A stretch of 64,000 bases of DNA from an uncultured euryarchaeote (lineage in GTDB: Archaea > Thermoplasmatota > Poseidoniia > Poseidoniales > Poseidoniaceae), in assembly GCA_937899865.1 (NCBI GenBank), contig CALBRH010000065.1, positions 31,629-95,628 on the forward strand, read 5' to 3'. Of this stretch, positions 35,967 to 45,127 are shown piece after piece. Each line of letters begins with the position of its first letter. Positions within the stretch are counted from its first letter, which is position 1. The notes under the pieces were generated by a model that saw only the letters and a list, made by a program, of their open reading frames with translations, had not been told where the DNA came from and did not search any database. A program made the translations under genes and the position numbers.

Positions 35967-36911
35967 TTATTCCCACCCTAGAGTTTCAAACAACTCTTTT
36001 ACTCCTCTTGCCAAGGCAGGGCCGCCGGAAATAACATCGCGTGGATTTTTCAACGAACTAGTAGCGTGAACTCCGTCAACATAGCGAATTAATCTAGCCA
36101 CAGCGCCACCGGTAAACAATCCATGAGAGCAAGCGGCATGAACTTCTATTGCACCTTGGCTGCGAAGCGCATCTGCAGCACGACAAATCGTTCCACCTGT
36201 TGCGATCATATCGTCAACAATTGCCACAACTTTACCTTCAACATCTAGATCCTTTGCTTTGTGTACTATATTATGTGCATCAATACGAGTTTTTTCTAAA
36301 TAAGAAAATTGGCAATTTATCGCATTTGCTACCTCAGAAGCACGTTCAATAGCACCTTTGTCTGGCGAGAGGATAAAATCAGGATTTACTGTTTCTTGCA
36401 AATGCTTGGCTAATTCTGGCATTGCAGAAGTGAAGGCAACGGGGACGGATAATTCTTCAAGCACTTTCGGTGCGTGCAAATCGAAAACGATAATTCCATC
36501 ACATCTAGAGGCTAATAGATTAGCAATTGCTCGTGCAGAAACAGCTTCCCCAGGACGGAATCTTTTATCTTGTCTAGAATATCCAAAATATGGTATTGCT
36601 AGAATTATTCCTGGTCCAACATCTTCTAGGTTTTGCGGGCCAATCTCTCTTAGATTTTCCAGGTTACCTTTTCTGACGTCATTTATCGCTTCAAGCATTA
36701 GTAGAGTTTCAATAATGCCAGAATCAGGAAAAGTATTGGAAACCAAAACAACTTGTTCACTACGAATTGAATCGATAACATCGTCGGGTATTCTAATGTA
36801 GCCTTCAGTATCAGGGAACCTTCTTGTCTCAATCGAGTGATGAACCCACTGAAGTTCTGCTGCCAATTGCTCAGCCATCGGGCGAGAATTGCTTCCAGAT
36901 AGTACGACCAT
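35967..36911 (-). CDS. prs: Ribose-phosphate pyrophosphokinase (archaeal-type PRPP synthetase)
   Basis: RFPDTEGYIR, PYFGYSRQDKRF, SPDKGA, VDDMIATGGT. ATG 36911 with GGAG SD preferred over 36968. Confidence 0.95.
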   Translation of the reverse strand: MVVLSGSNSRPMAEQLAAELQWVHHSIETRRFPDTEGYIRIPDDVIDSIRSEQVVLVSNTFPDSGIIETLLMLEAINDVRKGNLENLREIGPQNLEDVGPGIILAIPYFGYSRQDKRFRPGEAVSARAIANLLASRCDGIIVFDLHAPKVLEELSVPVAFTSAMPELAKHLQETVNPDFILSPDKGAIERASEVANAINCQFSYLEKTRIDAHNIVHKAKDLDVEGKVVAIVDDMIATGGTICRAADALRSQGAIEVHAACSHGLFTGGAVARLIRYVDGVHATSSLKNPRDVISGGPALARGVKELFETLGWE

Positions 36912-36977
36912 GGTCTCCCCTTGAGTCGAGGTTGTAGGAGGTTGTTCATGTTCTTTGTGTGTCCACAATGAGAGTAA

Positions 36978-37054
36978 TGGTGCGCGAGGCAGGACTCGAA
37001 CCTGCGACCTCCCGGTTATCAGCCGGGTGCTCCAACCGACTAAGCTACCCGCGC
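36978..37054 (-). tRNA. tRNA-Ile (GAU), CCA encoded, no intron
   Basis: GCGCGGG-TAGCTTAGTCGGTTGGAGC-A-CCCGG-CTGATAA-CCGGG-AGGTC-GCAGG-TTCGAGT-CCTGC-CTCGCGC-ACCA. Confidence 0.98.
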
Positions 37055-37066
37055 AAAGGCAAGTCG

Positions 37067-37090
37067 CCGACTGACCCCCCCGTCATAATA
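37067..37090 (-). promoter_or_regulatory. Putative tRNA-Ile promoter core
   Basis: TATTATGACGGGGGGGTCAGTCGG, starting 36 nt upstream of the mature 5' end; 22/24 identical to 51892..51915. Confidence 0.6.
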
Positions 37091-37126
37091 GTGACGGAAT
37101 AATACAGATTTGTTTTCTGTAAAAAT

Positions 37127-37753
37127 TCACTCGTCTTTCAATTCATTTATTGTGATGTAAGAAGGCAACTGAAGGACTTTATCGAAAGTTCTTGACAGTA
37201 CTACTTCGTCTAATCTCTCTCTAGTACGAGAAAATGCAGTTATAGGTATTCGAAGTGTTTCTTCAACACCAAAATCTTTCTGAACACCCAGTCTTGTTTT
37301 CACGATTACCCCTTTGTAGGTTCTCTTAATCTTGAATAGTTCAGTAATTACACCAATTTCTCTACCTTGATTGTCTAGGACAGCTCTATCAAGCATTTCA
37401 TCAGGAGCGTATAATTTTTCATCGATTCTAACAGTGTTTCTCCATCTGCGTTGTAATTCTCGCATTGATTTCGATAATTTTACTGTGCCGTCATTGCGTA
37501 TACTATGTACTAACTCTTTAGGCAGAGGCGCTAACTCTGCTGGCTTTCTCATGTATTCATCAGCAACGTCAGATTCTACTTGAATTCGCATAGATCGCAC
37601 CCTTGATTCATTCGGGTGGTGTCTTTCGCCAACTATCGTTCCTACTTTCTTATCATTCACATATACATCTCTTTGGAGTAACTCCTGGATGTTGTATTTT
37701 TCATTCTTCATTTTTCCCATCTCCATGTCGGACTTTCCTTTCCGGTTAAACAT
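37127..37753 (-). CDS. Tandem PRC-barrel domain protein
   Basis: Two units, ELLQRDVYVNDKKVGTIVG and EMLDRAVLDNQGREIGVITEL, each followed by a mid-domain IP/LP motif. Confidence 0.7.
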   Translation of the reverse strand: MFNRKGKSDMEMGKMKNEKYNIQELLQRDVYVNDKKVGTIVGERHHPNESRVRSMRIQVESDVADEYMRKPAELAPLPKELVHSIRNDGTVKLSKSMRELQRRWRNTVRIDEKLYAPDEMLDRAVLDNQGREIGVITELFKIKRTYKGVIVKTRLGVQKDFGVEETLRIPITAFSRTRERLDEVVLSRTFDKVLQLPSYITINELKDE

Positions 37754-38110
37754 CGCTCTAGTGTGGGGGGTCTTATACTATTTGGTAAAAAAAACCTAAA
37801 ATCCAATTGGATTTGTCGTATAATTTTATCTTAAGCAATTGAAATATAGAAAAAATTTCAAATTTTTAGAATGTCGTATAATCTATTTTATTATATACTT
37901 ACAATAAAAATTGAAGCAGATAATTATCCGCTTTTCAATTAGAATGATAGAATAACTCGAATCTAATAGATCTGAAACGAATTCGCAGACTTTTCACCCC
38001 AAAAATTACATTATATTGTCAATTTTTCAATTGAACTTTTTAATTTTCAATTGGGAAATTATATTTGTATTAATAGTTCTTTTAATGAAATATAACCGAT
38101 TAGCCCAATC
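37754..38110. other. AT-rich intergenic region with clustered palindromes and repeats
   Basis: Largest non-coding gap in the window; AAATCCAATTGGATTT, TGTCGTATAAT twice, GATAATTATC, TTCAATTGAA, several CAATTG copies. Confidence 0.7.
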
Positions 38111-38947
38111 ATGGCCAAGCCTAGTTGTGTTCATTTTTTAGGCGACACCCCAGGTCTTGGCGAGGATTTGTTGCAAAAACTCATCCATCAAAATGTTCAA
38201 TGCAGTATCGCTATTGAGTGGTATGAAAAGATAATTTCAAATTTATCTACAGAGCTTGAGTTTGTTGTTAACAAGCCAGTATTGTATGATGACAAAGTAA
38301 TACAAGCCCAAGATATAGTAATCTTCTTTGCATTTAATCGAAATGAGATCGATTTGAATACATTTTCTAAGTTCCCATGTGAAGTTTTAGTAGTTACTAA
38401 TGATGATATCGTACTAGTTCCCAAACAAGATAAGATTAGGCTTGTACACGTCTATGACATGATCTCATGTACCACAATAACAGAAGCATCAAATGACATA
38501 TTAGATGAGTATTTGTCTATATGTAAATTGAATGAAGAGAATCCTAAGTTTGTTGAAGATAGTAAGCATTGGTGGGTTTCGCAACAAGATGTCGCAGCGG
38601 GACTTGCAAGGTTGCTAAGTGATGTAACTATACTACCACCAATCTCCCATCTTTGCGGCAGGAGAGGTTGGACAAAACAAGAGACCTATCAACAATTATT
38701 ACTGTTGTACCAGCGCACTATGGCAGGTTCTTCAGGAAATTTTGAGACTATTCATTTGGAGCAAAAACCAGTAATTAGCCCAGTATTAGAGGATATATCA
38801 CAAATAAACAAGTCATCAAGACCCGATTTGTCAATTATTAATGAAGCGTTACGAGAAATAGATGGCGATGGATGGCGTCCATTAACTCCTTTGAGAACAT
38901 CACTAATGCAATATCTAGCAACCAAAGATTTTGATCAAAGTGTCTGA
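38111..38947 (+). CDS. Hypothetical protein, weak resemblance to a degenerate extended-SDR/epimerase fold
   Basis: FLGDTPGLG near the N-terminus; WVSQQDVAAGL and WRPLTPLRTSL at positions reminiscent of epimerase C-termini; no YxxxK. Confidence 0.45.
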   Translation: MAKPSCVHFLGDTPGLGEDLLQKLIHQNVQCSIAIEWYEKIISNLSTELEFVVNKPVLYDDKVIQAQDIVIFFAFNRNEIDLNTFSKFPCEVLVVTNDDIVLVPKQDKIRLVHVYDMISCTTITEASNDILDEYLSICKLNEENPKFVEDSKHWWVSQQDVAAGLARLLSDVTILPPISHLCGRRGWTKQETYQQLLLLYQRTMAGSSGNFETIHLEQKPVISPVLEDISQINKSSRPDLSIINEALREIDGDGWRPLTPLRTSLMQYLATKDFDQSV

Positions 38948-40377
38948 GGTCCACCTTCTGGTATTTCAGAAAGGCTGGTTAAGTTGCCATATAGTGTAGG
39001 GCCGTTGGTGAAGGTTCCAAAGATTCCAGTGTCCCCATTAGGATTGTGTGAAAGGGCTAACCATGGTCTTCCATAAGCATCAATTTGCATATCAATAAAA
39101 TCACCAAATCCGCCACATCTCTCATATCCACAGGTCGGACTAGCATTGTCAAGAGGATCATCATGAGCATTGACTTGTACAGTTGTAATCAATGGCGTTT
39201 CATTGAAAGCATCGGTCATTACTGAAATATAACCATCCCATAAACCATCTCCATCTTCGCCGATATAACCGAATGCTACTCTTCCAGGGTCTCCGGCAAT
39301 TACTACTGGGAAGCCAGTGCCTTGAAGGTGACTTGGTGCAACCATAACTGCATCAGACCAAGTTTCCGCATCATCAGTAGAGTATGAGAAGTATGGTAGG
39401 TTATCAATACCCATCCACATTGCGTAGACATTGCTTTGCGTATCGGTATCAACCTGTGCTTCTTCAGCATTCCATGTATCTGCAGTTCCGGATTCTTCAG
39501 TAGGAAGTACATGCTCAGTCCATGTTATTGCGCCATCCTCGGTTTTGTACATTGAATAGCCAGTTCCATCACAACCAATTTGTCCACGATAGAAATTACC
39601 GTTTTCTGCACCAATTATGTGTGCCGATAGCCCGCCACTTTGACAGTCCACCGGTGCACCTGGAAGTTCAGGACCCCATGTAAAACCGCCATCTTGGCTT
39701 GCAGAGCATAATGGTGCAGGGTAGTTTCCATTAATGCAGAATACCCACAGAGTTTCATGCAAAAGGCCCCCGTATGGAGATGAGGCAATTGTTTGGTGGT
39801 CTTGCACCGAATAACCAGTAGCTATCGATGGGCCTGTCCATGAAGCACCTTCATCATCAGACCATTCAACAGTCATTCCTCCCAGAGCATGCATGTCGAA
39901 TTTCATAATTCGGTCTGTCCAAGGGTCAACATATACATACGGATCGTTAGAGTTAGCGACAGGTGGAAATGCTCCGTATACATCTTTACAAGTATAATCG
40001 GCGATTGAGGTCATTTCTACCATATTACTACATTGCACAATTGCAGTTGAGCCAGCATTGCCGTTACCCCAACTTGTGATGTAAAGGTTGCCAGTTGACG
40101 TGATTCCCATGGTTGGTTCGAAAGTTGACATTCCTATACTATAGTATGATGAAGTTGAGTAATAAGGTACATTGTTACCACCTAATGCTGTGGTATTATT
40201 CATTGCATTAACACCTCCAGGGTAATGGTACCATGTTCTATTATCAAGCATATCTTGGAAGTCAAAGAATCCAGTAGTTTGCTCAACAACTTCAACTTCT
40301 TCTTCACCAAAGCATCCCGATAATGACATGAATGCCATTATCAAAACCATAAGTATAGCATTATGTTTTTTTCTCAT
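38935..40377 (-). CDS. Lipoprotein with BNR/Asp-box repeats (sialidase-like beta-propeller)
   Basis: MRKK...MSLSGC lipobox; SDDEGASW, SQDGGFTW, TEDGAITW, STDDAETW. ATG 40377 lies 1 nt after the upstream stop. Confidence 0.8.
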   Translation of the reverse strand: MRKKHNAILMVLIMAFMSLSGCFGEEEVEVVEQTTGFFDFQDMLDNRTWYHYPGGVNAMNNTTALGGNNVPYYSTSSYYSIGMSTFEPTMGITSTGNLYITSWGNGNAGSTAIVQCSNMVEMTSIADYTCKDVYGAFPPVANSNDPYVYVDPWTDRIMKFDMHALGGMTVEWSDDEGASWTGPSIATGYSVQDHQTIASSPYGGLLHETLWVFCINGNYPAPLCSASQDGGFTWGPELPGAPVDCQSGGLSAHIIGAENGNFYRGQIGCDGTGYSMYKTEDGAITWTEHVLPTEESGTADTWNAEEAQVDTDTQSNVYAMWMGIDNLPYFSYSTDDAETWSDAVMVAPSHLQGTGFPVVIAGDPGRVAFGYIGEDGDGLWDGYISVMTDAFNETPLITTVQVNAHDDPLDNASPTCGYERCGGFGDFIDMQIDAYGRPWLALSHNPNGDTGIFGTFTNGPTLYGNLTSLSEIPEGGPQTL

Positions 40378-40378
40378 T

Positions 40379-41386
40379 TTATTTTCCTCCAAACAATTCA
40401 CAGCCAATCAAGGGTAGTAATACACTAGCATCTCCTTCAACACATACATTGGGCGCTTCTGGGCGCATCTTACCCCATGAAATAGCTTCTCTAAGTCTTG
40501 CGCCAGATAAACTGCCATCATGTTCAGGTGCAGTAGTAATGTAAACAGCAGAGTCTAGGCCACCACGATATTGATTCCACCAAATTACATGGTGCTTAGA
40601 AATCCCGCCACCGACCATTAGAGCATTTGAGGTTTCAACATCCCAAGTCAAATCACTCATGACTTGCTCATCTGCTAAAGTGTCGATATGAAAATCACGA
40701 TACTTTTGTCTAAACATGAATAATTGTGCACCTATTGAGCCATCGGTAATTCCTGGTATACATACCGGAATCTTATTCTTCCAAGCCCAATAGATAAGAG
40801 AATCGGGTTTGCCGATACGCTTACCTAATTCCCAAACCAAATGAATTGAGCCAAAACCAATCCAAGCGTCCGCCCCAGTTAAGCCGGTTTCTGCTAATCG
40901 AGATTGGTAAATGTCTTCCAATGCAGGCATTACAATCTCTTCGATTATTTCTCCGTATGATGAATTTGGCACGATTACATTGCCTAATCTCATTAGCGAA
41001 TGTTCTCCAAGTTCGATGTCATCAAGTTCAAATGCTCCGTGATAATAATTTTGATATGAACGAGCAATGTCATGATCTAAGGTGCCACAAGTCGTAGAGA
41101 TAACATTGAACATTTTTTGTTTAGCTCCTTCAACGAAGAAACTTCTTGTTCCAGTAGCACACAAACAAGCAGGGAATGAAATCCAGTTGCAGACTTTTTG
41201 TGCATCTCCATCAACCTCATCTATCTGTCTTTTCATATCTTGCAATATGTCTCTTGCAGTAGCTAACTTTGTCGCGGTAAAACCCCCAGCATTAGCCATT
41301 TGGTCAATTAATGATGCAGGCGTCGAAACATTTGCGAAATCATAGTCCGAGACTGGGATGTCAAAGTCATCCGGTGATATCGCCAT
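40379..41386 (-). CDS. dys: Deoxyhypusine synthase
   Basis: GGFTATKLA, PGITDGSIG, GGGISKHH, DGSLSGARLREAISWGK. Confidence 0.96.
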   Translation of the reverse strand: MAISPDDFDIPVSDYDFANVSTPASLIDQMANAGGFTATKLATARDILQDMKRQIDEVDGDAQKVCNWISFPACLCATGTRSFFVEGAKQKMFNVISTTCGTLDHDIARSYQNYYHGAFELDDIELGEHSLMRLGNVIVPNSSYGEIIEEIVMPALEDIYQSRLAETGLTGADAWIGFGSIHLVWELGKRIGKPDSLIYWAWKNKIPVCIPGITDGSIGAQLFMFRQKYRDFHIDTLADEQVMSDLTWDVETSNALMVGGGISKHHVIWWNQYRGGLDSAVYITTAPEHDGSLSGARLREAISWGKMRPEAPNVCVEGDASVLLPLIGCELFGGK

Positions 41387-41426
41387 GTTATTGCCAAAAA
41401 CATCCTAAACATGAACCTGTTTATCA

Positions 41427-43853
41427 TCAAAGCAATTGTTCAAGTTCAAAAATCCGGTCTCTTAGTTTGGCTGCTTGTTCAAAATCTAACTGTTTAGCAG
41501 CGTTTTCCATCTCGGCTTTAAGTTCGATTAATAAATCAGAGATCTGTTCAGGTGAAAGGTTATTCTGAATATCGCTTGGCTCGTCATAAGTCAATTCAAA
41601 ATTCGAATTTTCAATTGGATTTTTATTTTTTTCAGCGGTTTTGGCCCAAGCACCAGCACCAATGCCCAAACGCTGCGCCCAATCACCGTCTCCACGTCCG
41701 CCTTTTTTACCGACCAAACGCTTATTTCCAGCAGAAGTATTAGTTCCTGTAATGAAATCTTCATCCTTGGAATACATGTCAGGAAGTGCTTTCTTGATAG
41801 TTGTTGGAACAATATTGTGTTCAGTATTGTACGCTTCTTGCCTTACTCGTCTTTCTAGGGTTTGCTGGATCGCTGCTGACATTGCAGGAGACATTTTATC
41901 AGCGTATAGTATAACTTTGCCATTTTGATTTCTAGCAGCTCTGCCAATGGTTTGCAGTAGACTTCTTTCATTTCGAAGAAATCCTTGCTTGTCAGCATCA
42001 AATATTGCAACCAAACTTACTTCAGGAATATCAAGTCCTTCTCTTAGAAGATTTATTCCTACTATAACATCGATATGACCTATCCTCAATGCATTAATTA
42101 TCTCTGAGCGCTCGATAGTATCAATTTCAGAATGTAAATGATGAGATTTAATTCCCATGCTGTTAAGATATTCTGATACTTCTTCAGCGAATTTTATGGT
42201 AAGTACGGTGATTAAACATCGCTCATTATTACTAACTCGTTGGTTGATTTCAGAGAGCAAGTCGGTAACTTGTCCTTCTGTATCGCGAACCTCGATATTT
42301 GGATCGAGCAGACCAGTTGGCCTAATCTCCATCTTTGAAATGTGTTGTATTGATTGAATCATGTCATACATACTTTCTGCGTTAGGATGTTTTTTGTTGA
42401 TGTCAGGGGGGCCAGCCCCGCCTTTTGATTGCGCATGTAGCAAGCCATTTGGTATCGGCTGCCCAGTTACTTCACACAAGTGTCTTAATTCCCGCTCACC
42501 TGGAGTTGCTGAAACATATACCATTTGTGGAACTAATGATTGAAATTCAGGAATCTTTAGCGGCCTGTTATCTGCTGCAGTGGGCAGTCTAAATCCATGT
42601 TCAATCAAATTTTCTTTTCGAGACCTGTCACCATGATACATTCCTCCCACTTGAGGTAAACTGACATGTGATTCATCCATTATTACAAGGAATTTATCGG
42701 GGTCTCCATGAAATTGTTTAGCGCAAGCAGCGAAGAAGTCTAACAGACAATAAGGTCTTTCACCAATCTCTCTACCATCAAAGTGTAGCGAGTAATTTTC
42801 AACCGATTGACAATGACCAATTTCTCTTAGCATCTCTAAGTCATAGCGAGTTTTCTGCTCAATTCGATGAGCTTCCAAATCTTTACCTAAACTTTTGAAT
42901 TCAGCAATACGGCCATCTAATTCTGTTTCAATTGATTCAAGCGCTCTCTCAAATCGTTCTGGACTAGTCATGAAGAATTCTTTTGGATGAATCCAAGCTT
43001 CATCAAGTGTATCCAAAACTTCCCATGATACAGGGTCACAGACTTGTATTTTAGTTACGCCATCAAAATCGAATTGAATTCGCAAAGGATCATCTCGAGA
43101 TGGCATCCATACATCAAGAACTTCACCTCGCAGCCGGCAATTCCCTCTTGCTAAATCAGTAGTTGTTCGAGTATATTGTAAAGCAATCAACTCTTTGAGC
43201 AAATCATTAGGCTCAATTTGTTGCCCAATATGACATCTGACATGTGATTCTAGGAAAGTTTCTGGTGGGTTCAAACCGTATATGCATGAGACTGAGGAAA
43301 CTATCACGCAATCAGGTCTAGTTACTAGTGAGGCGACAGCAGCGAATCTTTCTTGTTCTATACGTTCATTGATTGACAATTCTTTATCGATATACAAATC
43401 CCGTTTTGGAAGGTATGCCTCTGGTTGATAATAGTCATAATGTGAAACAAAGTAGTCAACTGCGTTCTCAGGAAAATAGCTAGCCATTTCTTGATACAAT
43501 TGCCTTGCTAAGGTCTTGTTGTGACTCATGACTAAGGTCGGAATGTTTAGTCTTTCAATCACCTTGGCCATTGCAAATGTCTTACCACTACCAGTCACAC
43601 CCAGCAAAACACATCTTTTTTGTGAATTTTCCAATTGAGAAATCAAATTTTCAATTGCTTTTGGTTGATCTCCAGATGGTTCAAATTCCGAATGTAGGAT
43701 GAAACGTTTTTTGTCCGGATGAAGGTGTTCCAAAGCGGCCCCCTCAAGTGCTTTTGATAAATCAAAAGGGTCTTTGATTGCCAAATCAGAATCCTCAATA
43801 GACAAATTAGCGAGATTTTCAAACTCCCCATTATCGTCCCATTCACTAGACAT
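41427..43853 (-). CDS. uvrB: Excinuclease ABC subunit B
   Basis: FEPSGDQPKAI, LGVTGSGKTF, YDYYQPEAY, DESH, VSATPG, RPTGLLDP, GINLLREGLDIPEV, QTIGRAARN, C-terminal UVR (LDFEQAAKLRD). Confidence 0.98.
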   Translation of the reverse strand: MSSEWDDNGEFENLANLSIEDSDLAIKDPFDLSKALEGAALEHLHPDKKRFILHSEFEPSGDQPKAIENLISQLENSQKRCVLLGVTGSGKTFAMAKVIERLNIPTLVMSHNKTLARQLYQEMASYFPENAVDYFVSHYDYYQPEAYLPKRDLYIDKELSINERIEQERFAAVASLVTRPDCVIVSSVSCIYGLNPPETFLESHVRCHIGQQIEPNDLLKELIALQYTRTTTDLARGNCRLRGEVLDVWMPSRDDPLRIQFDFDGVTKIQVCDPVSWEVLDTLDEAWIHPKEFFMTSPERFERALESIETELDGRIAEFKSLGKDLEAHRIEQKTRYDLEMLREIGHCQSVENYSLHFDGREIGERPYCLLDFFAACAKQFHGDPDKFLVIMDESHVSLPQVGGMYHGDRSRKENLIEHGFRLPTAADNRPLKIPEFQSLVPQMVYVSATPGERELRHLCEVTGQPIPNGLLHAQSKGGAGPPDINKKHPNAESMYDMIQSIQHISKMEIRPTGLLDPNIEVRDTEGQVTDLLSEINQRVSNNERCLITVLTIKFAEEVSEYLNSMGIKSHHLHSEIDTIERSEIINALRIGHIDVIVGINLLREGLDIPEVSLVAIFDADKQGFLRNERSLLQTIGRAARNQNGKVILYADKMSPAMSAAIQQTLERRVRQEAYNTEHNIVPTTIKKALPDMYSKDEDFITGTNTSAGNKRLVGKKGGRGDGDWAQRLGIGAGAWAKTAEKNKNPIENSNFELTYDEPSDIQNNLSPEQISDLLIELKAEMENAAKQLDFEQAAKLRDRIFELEQLL

Positions 43854-43907
43854 TGTCTCCCTCCTATGCGGTTGTAAATGTTAGACTATTTTCAATTGTG
43901 GTATTAT

Positions 43908-44639
43908 CTAAGGTAGATACAAACCGCCATTAACATGGATAATACTTCCTGTAATATATGCGGAATCATCACTAACTAAGAAGGAAATTGTACTTGCCAT
44001 ATCCTCTGGAGTTCCAACCCTTTTTAGTGGGACTTCATTCTCTCTTTGTTCTCTCTTCTCTTCAGAATCGCCTGCTAATATTGCGGTGTCAACATAACCC
44101 GGAGCAAGGATGTTGACACGCTTCCCCTCTGGTCCAACTTGTTGTGCTAGCGACCTAGCCCAAACTGCTAAAGCAGCCTTTGATGCTGAATAATCCGCAC
44201 CATGGGGCGAACCTCTTGTTCCTAATTGAGATCCAACTACTACCATTCTTGCTTTATCACTCAGATGTGGTTGAATAGCCTTCCAAACTGCAACAGAACC
44301 TTCGAAGTTGACGGCCATAGTTTCACGTAATGTCTCAATGGTTAATTGATCTGCAGCAACTCGATTATATGCGCCATGATTTAGCACTAAAACATCAATT
44401 TTCCTGCCCATCCATGGATGTATACCCAACAAACCAACCTCGCCTTGATTTGCACAATCGACTTTGACAGCAAGTGCGTCTCCGCCACTCTCTCTGATTT
44501 CATCAACAACCATTTCAGCAGGCTTTGAAGAGGTATTGTAGGTCAACAATACGTCATAACCGTCGTTAGCAAGTCTTGTGCAGGTTGCCGCACCTATGCC
44601 TTGCCCGCCTCCGGTTACCAGTGCTACAGGGCGGCTCAT
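43908..44639 (-). CDS. Short-chain dehydrogenase/reductase (FabG-like)
   Basis: TGGGQGIG, LNHG, YSASK, VNILAPGYVDT. ATG 44639 preferred. Confidence 0.9.
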   Translation of the reverse strand: MSRPVALVTGGGQGIGAATCTRLANDGYDVLLTYNTSSKPAEMVVDEIRESGGDALAVKVDCANQGEVGLLGIHPWMGRKIDVLVLNHGAYNRVAADQLTIETLRETMAVNFEGSVAVWKAIQPHLSDKARMVVVGSQLGTRGSPHGADYSASKAALAVWARSLAQQVGPEGKRVNILAPGYVDTAILAGDSEEKREQRENEVPLKRVGTPEDMASTISFLVSDDSAYITGSIIHVNGGLYLP

Positions 44640-44677
44640 AACATCCCTAAATGGTTCTAAGCAATAACTCAACCGAA

Positions 44678-45055
44678 TCATTCGACAAACTGTGCTAGTT
44701 GCGGAGGTTGCCATCCTTCTGGCTTGAGCACCTTGCCATCGTCTCTACGGATTACCTTGCCATCTACCAATTTAGCCATGTTTGAGCGATGTACTTCATT
44801 GAACGCATCATCGTAGATATGTTGCATCCCATGATTGATAATTGTGCCAGCAAGAATATATCCGATGTCTGCTAACGCATCAAGAACTTCTACCAAATCA
44901 CCACTTCTAGCTGCTTCAGCGTATTCTTGGACTTCTTCAGTGAGGAGTTTTATTCTGAGTTCAATTAGTTCATCCGGGCCTAATCCAGGCGTTTCCAATT
45001 TTGGAATTTCAAATGCTTCATTAAACTCTAGCAGTGATGCAACGATTGGGTTCAT
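44678..45055 (-). CDS. All-alpha NTP pyrophosphohydrolase (MazG/PRA-PH-like)
   Basis: LLTEEVQEY...EVLDALADIGYI...EVHRSNMAK...DGKVLKPEGW. ATG 45055 preferred. Confidence 0.85.
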   Translation of the reverse strand: MNPIVASLLEFNEAFEIPKLETPGLGPDELIELRIKLLTEEVQEYAEAARSGDLVEVLDALADIGYILAGTIINHGMQHIYDDAFNEVHRSNMAKLVDGKVIRRDDGKVLKPEGWQPPQLAQFVE

Positions 45056-45127
45056 AATTTGATTTAACTCTATGCAGCCCTTCAACATTTCATTTGAGAG
45101 TTAGAATTATTTATTGATAATAGTCGA

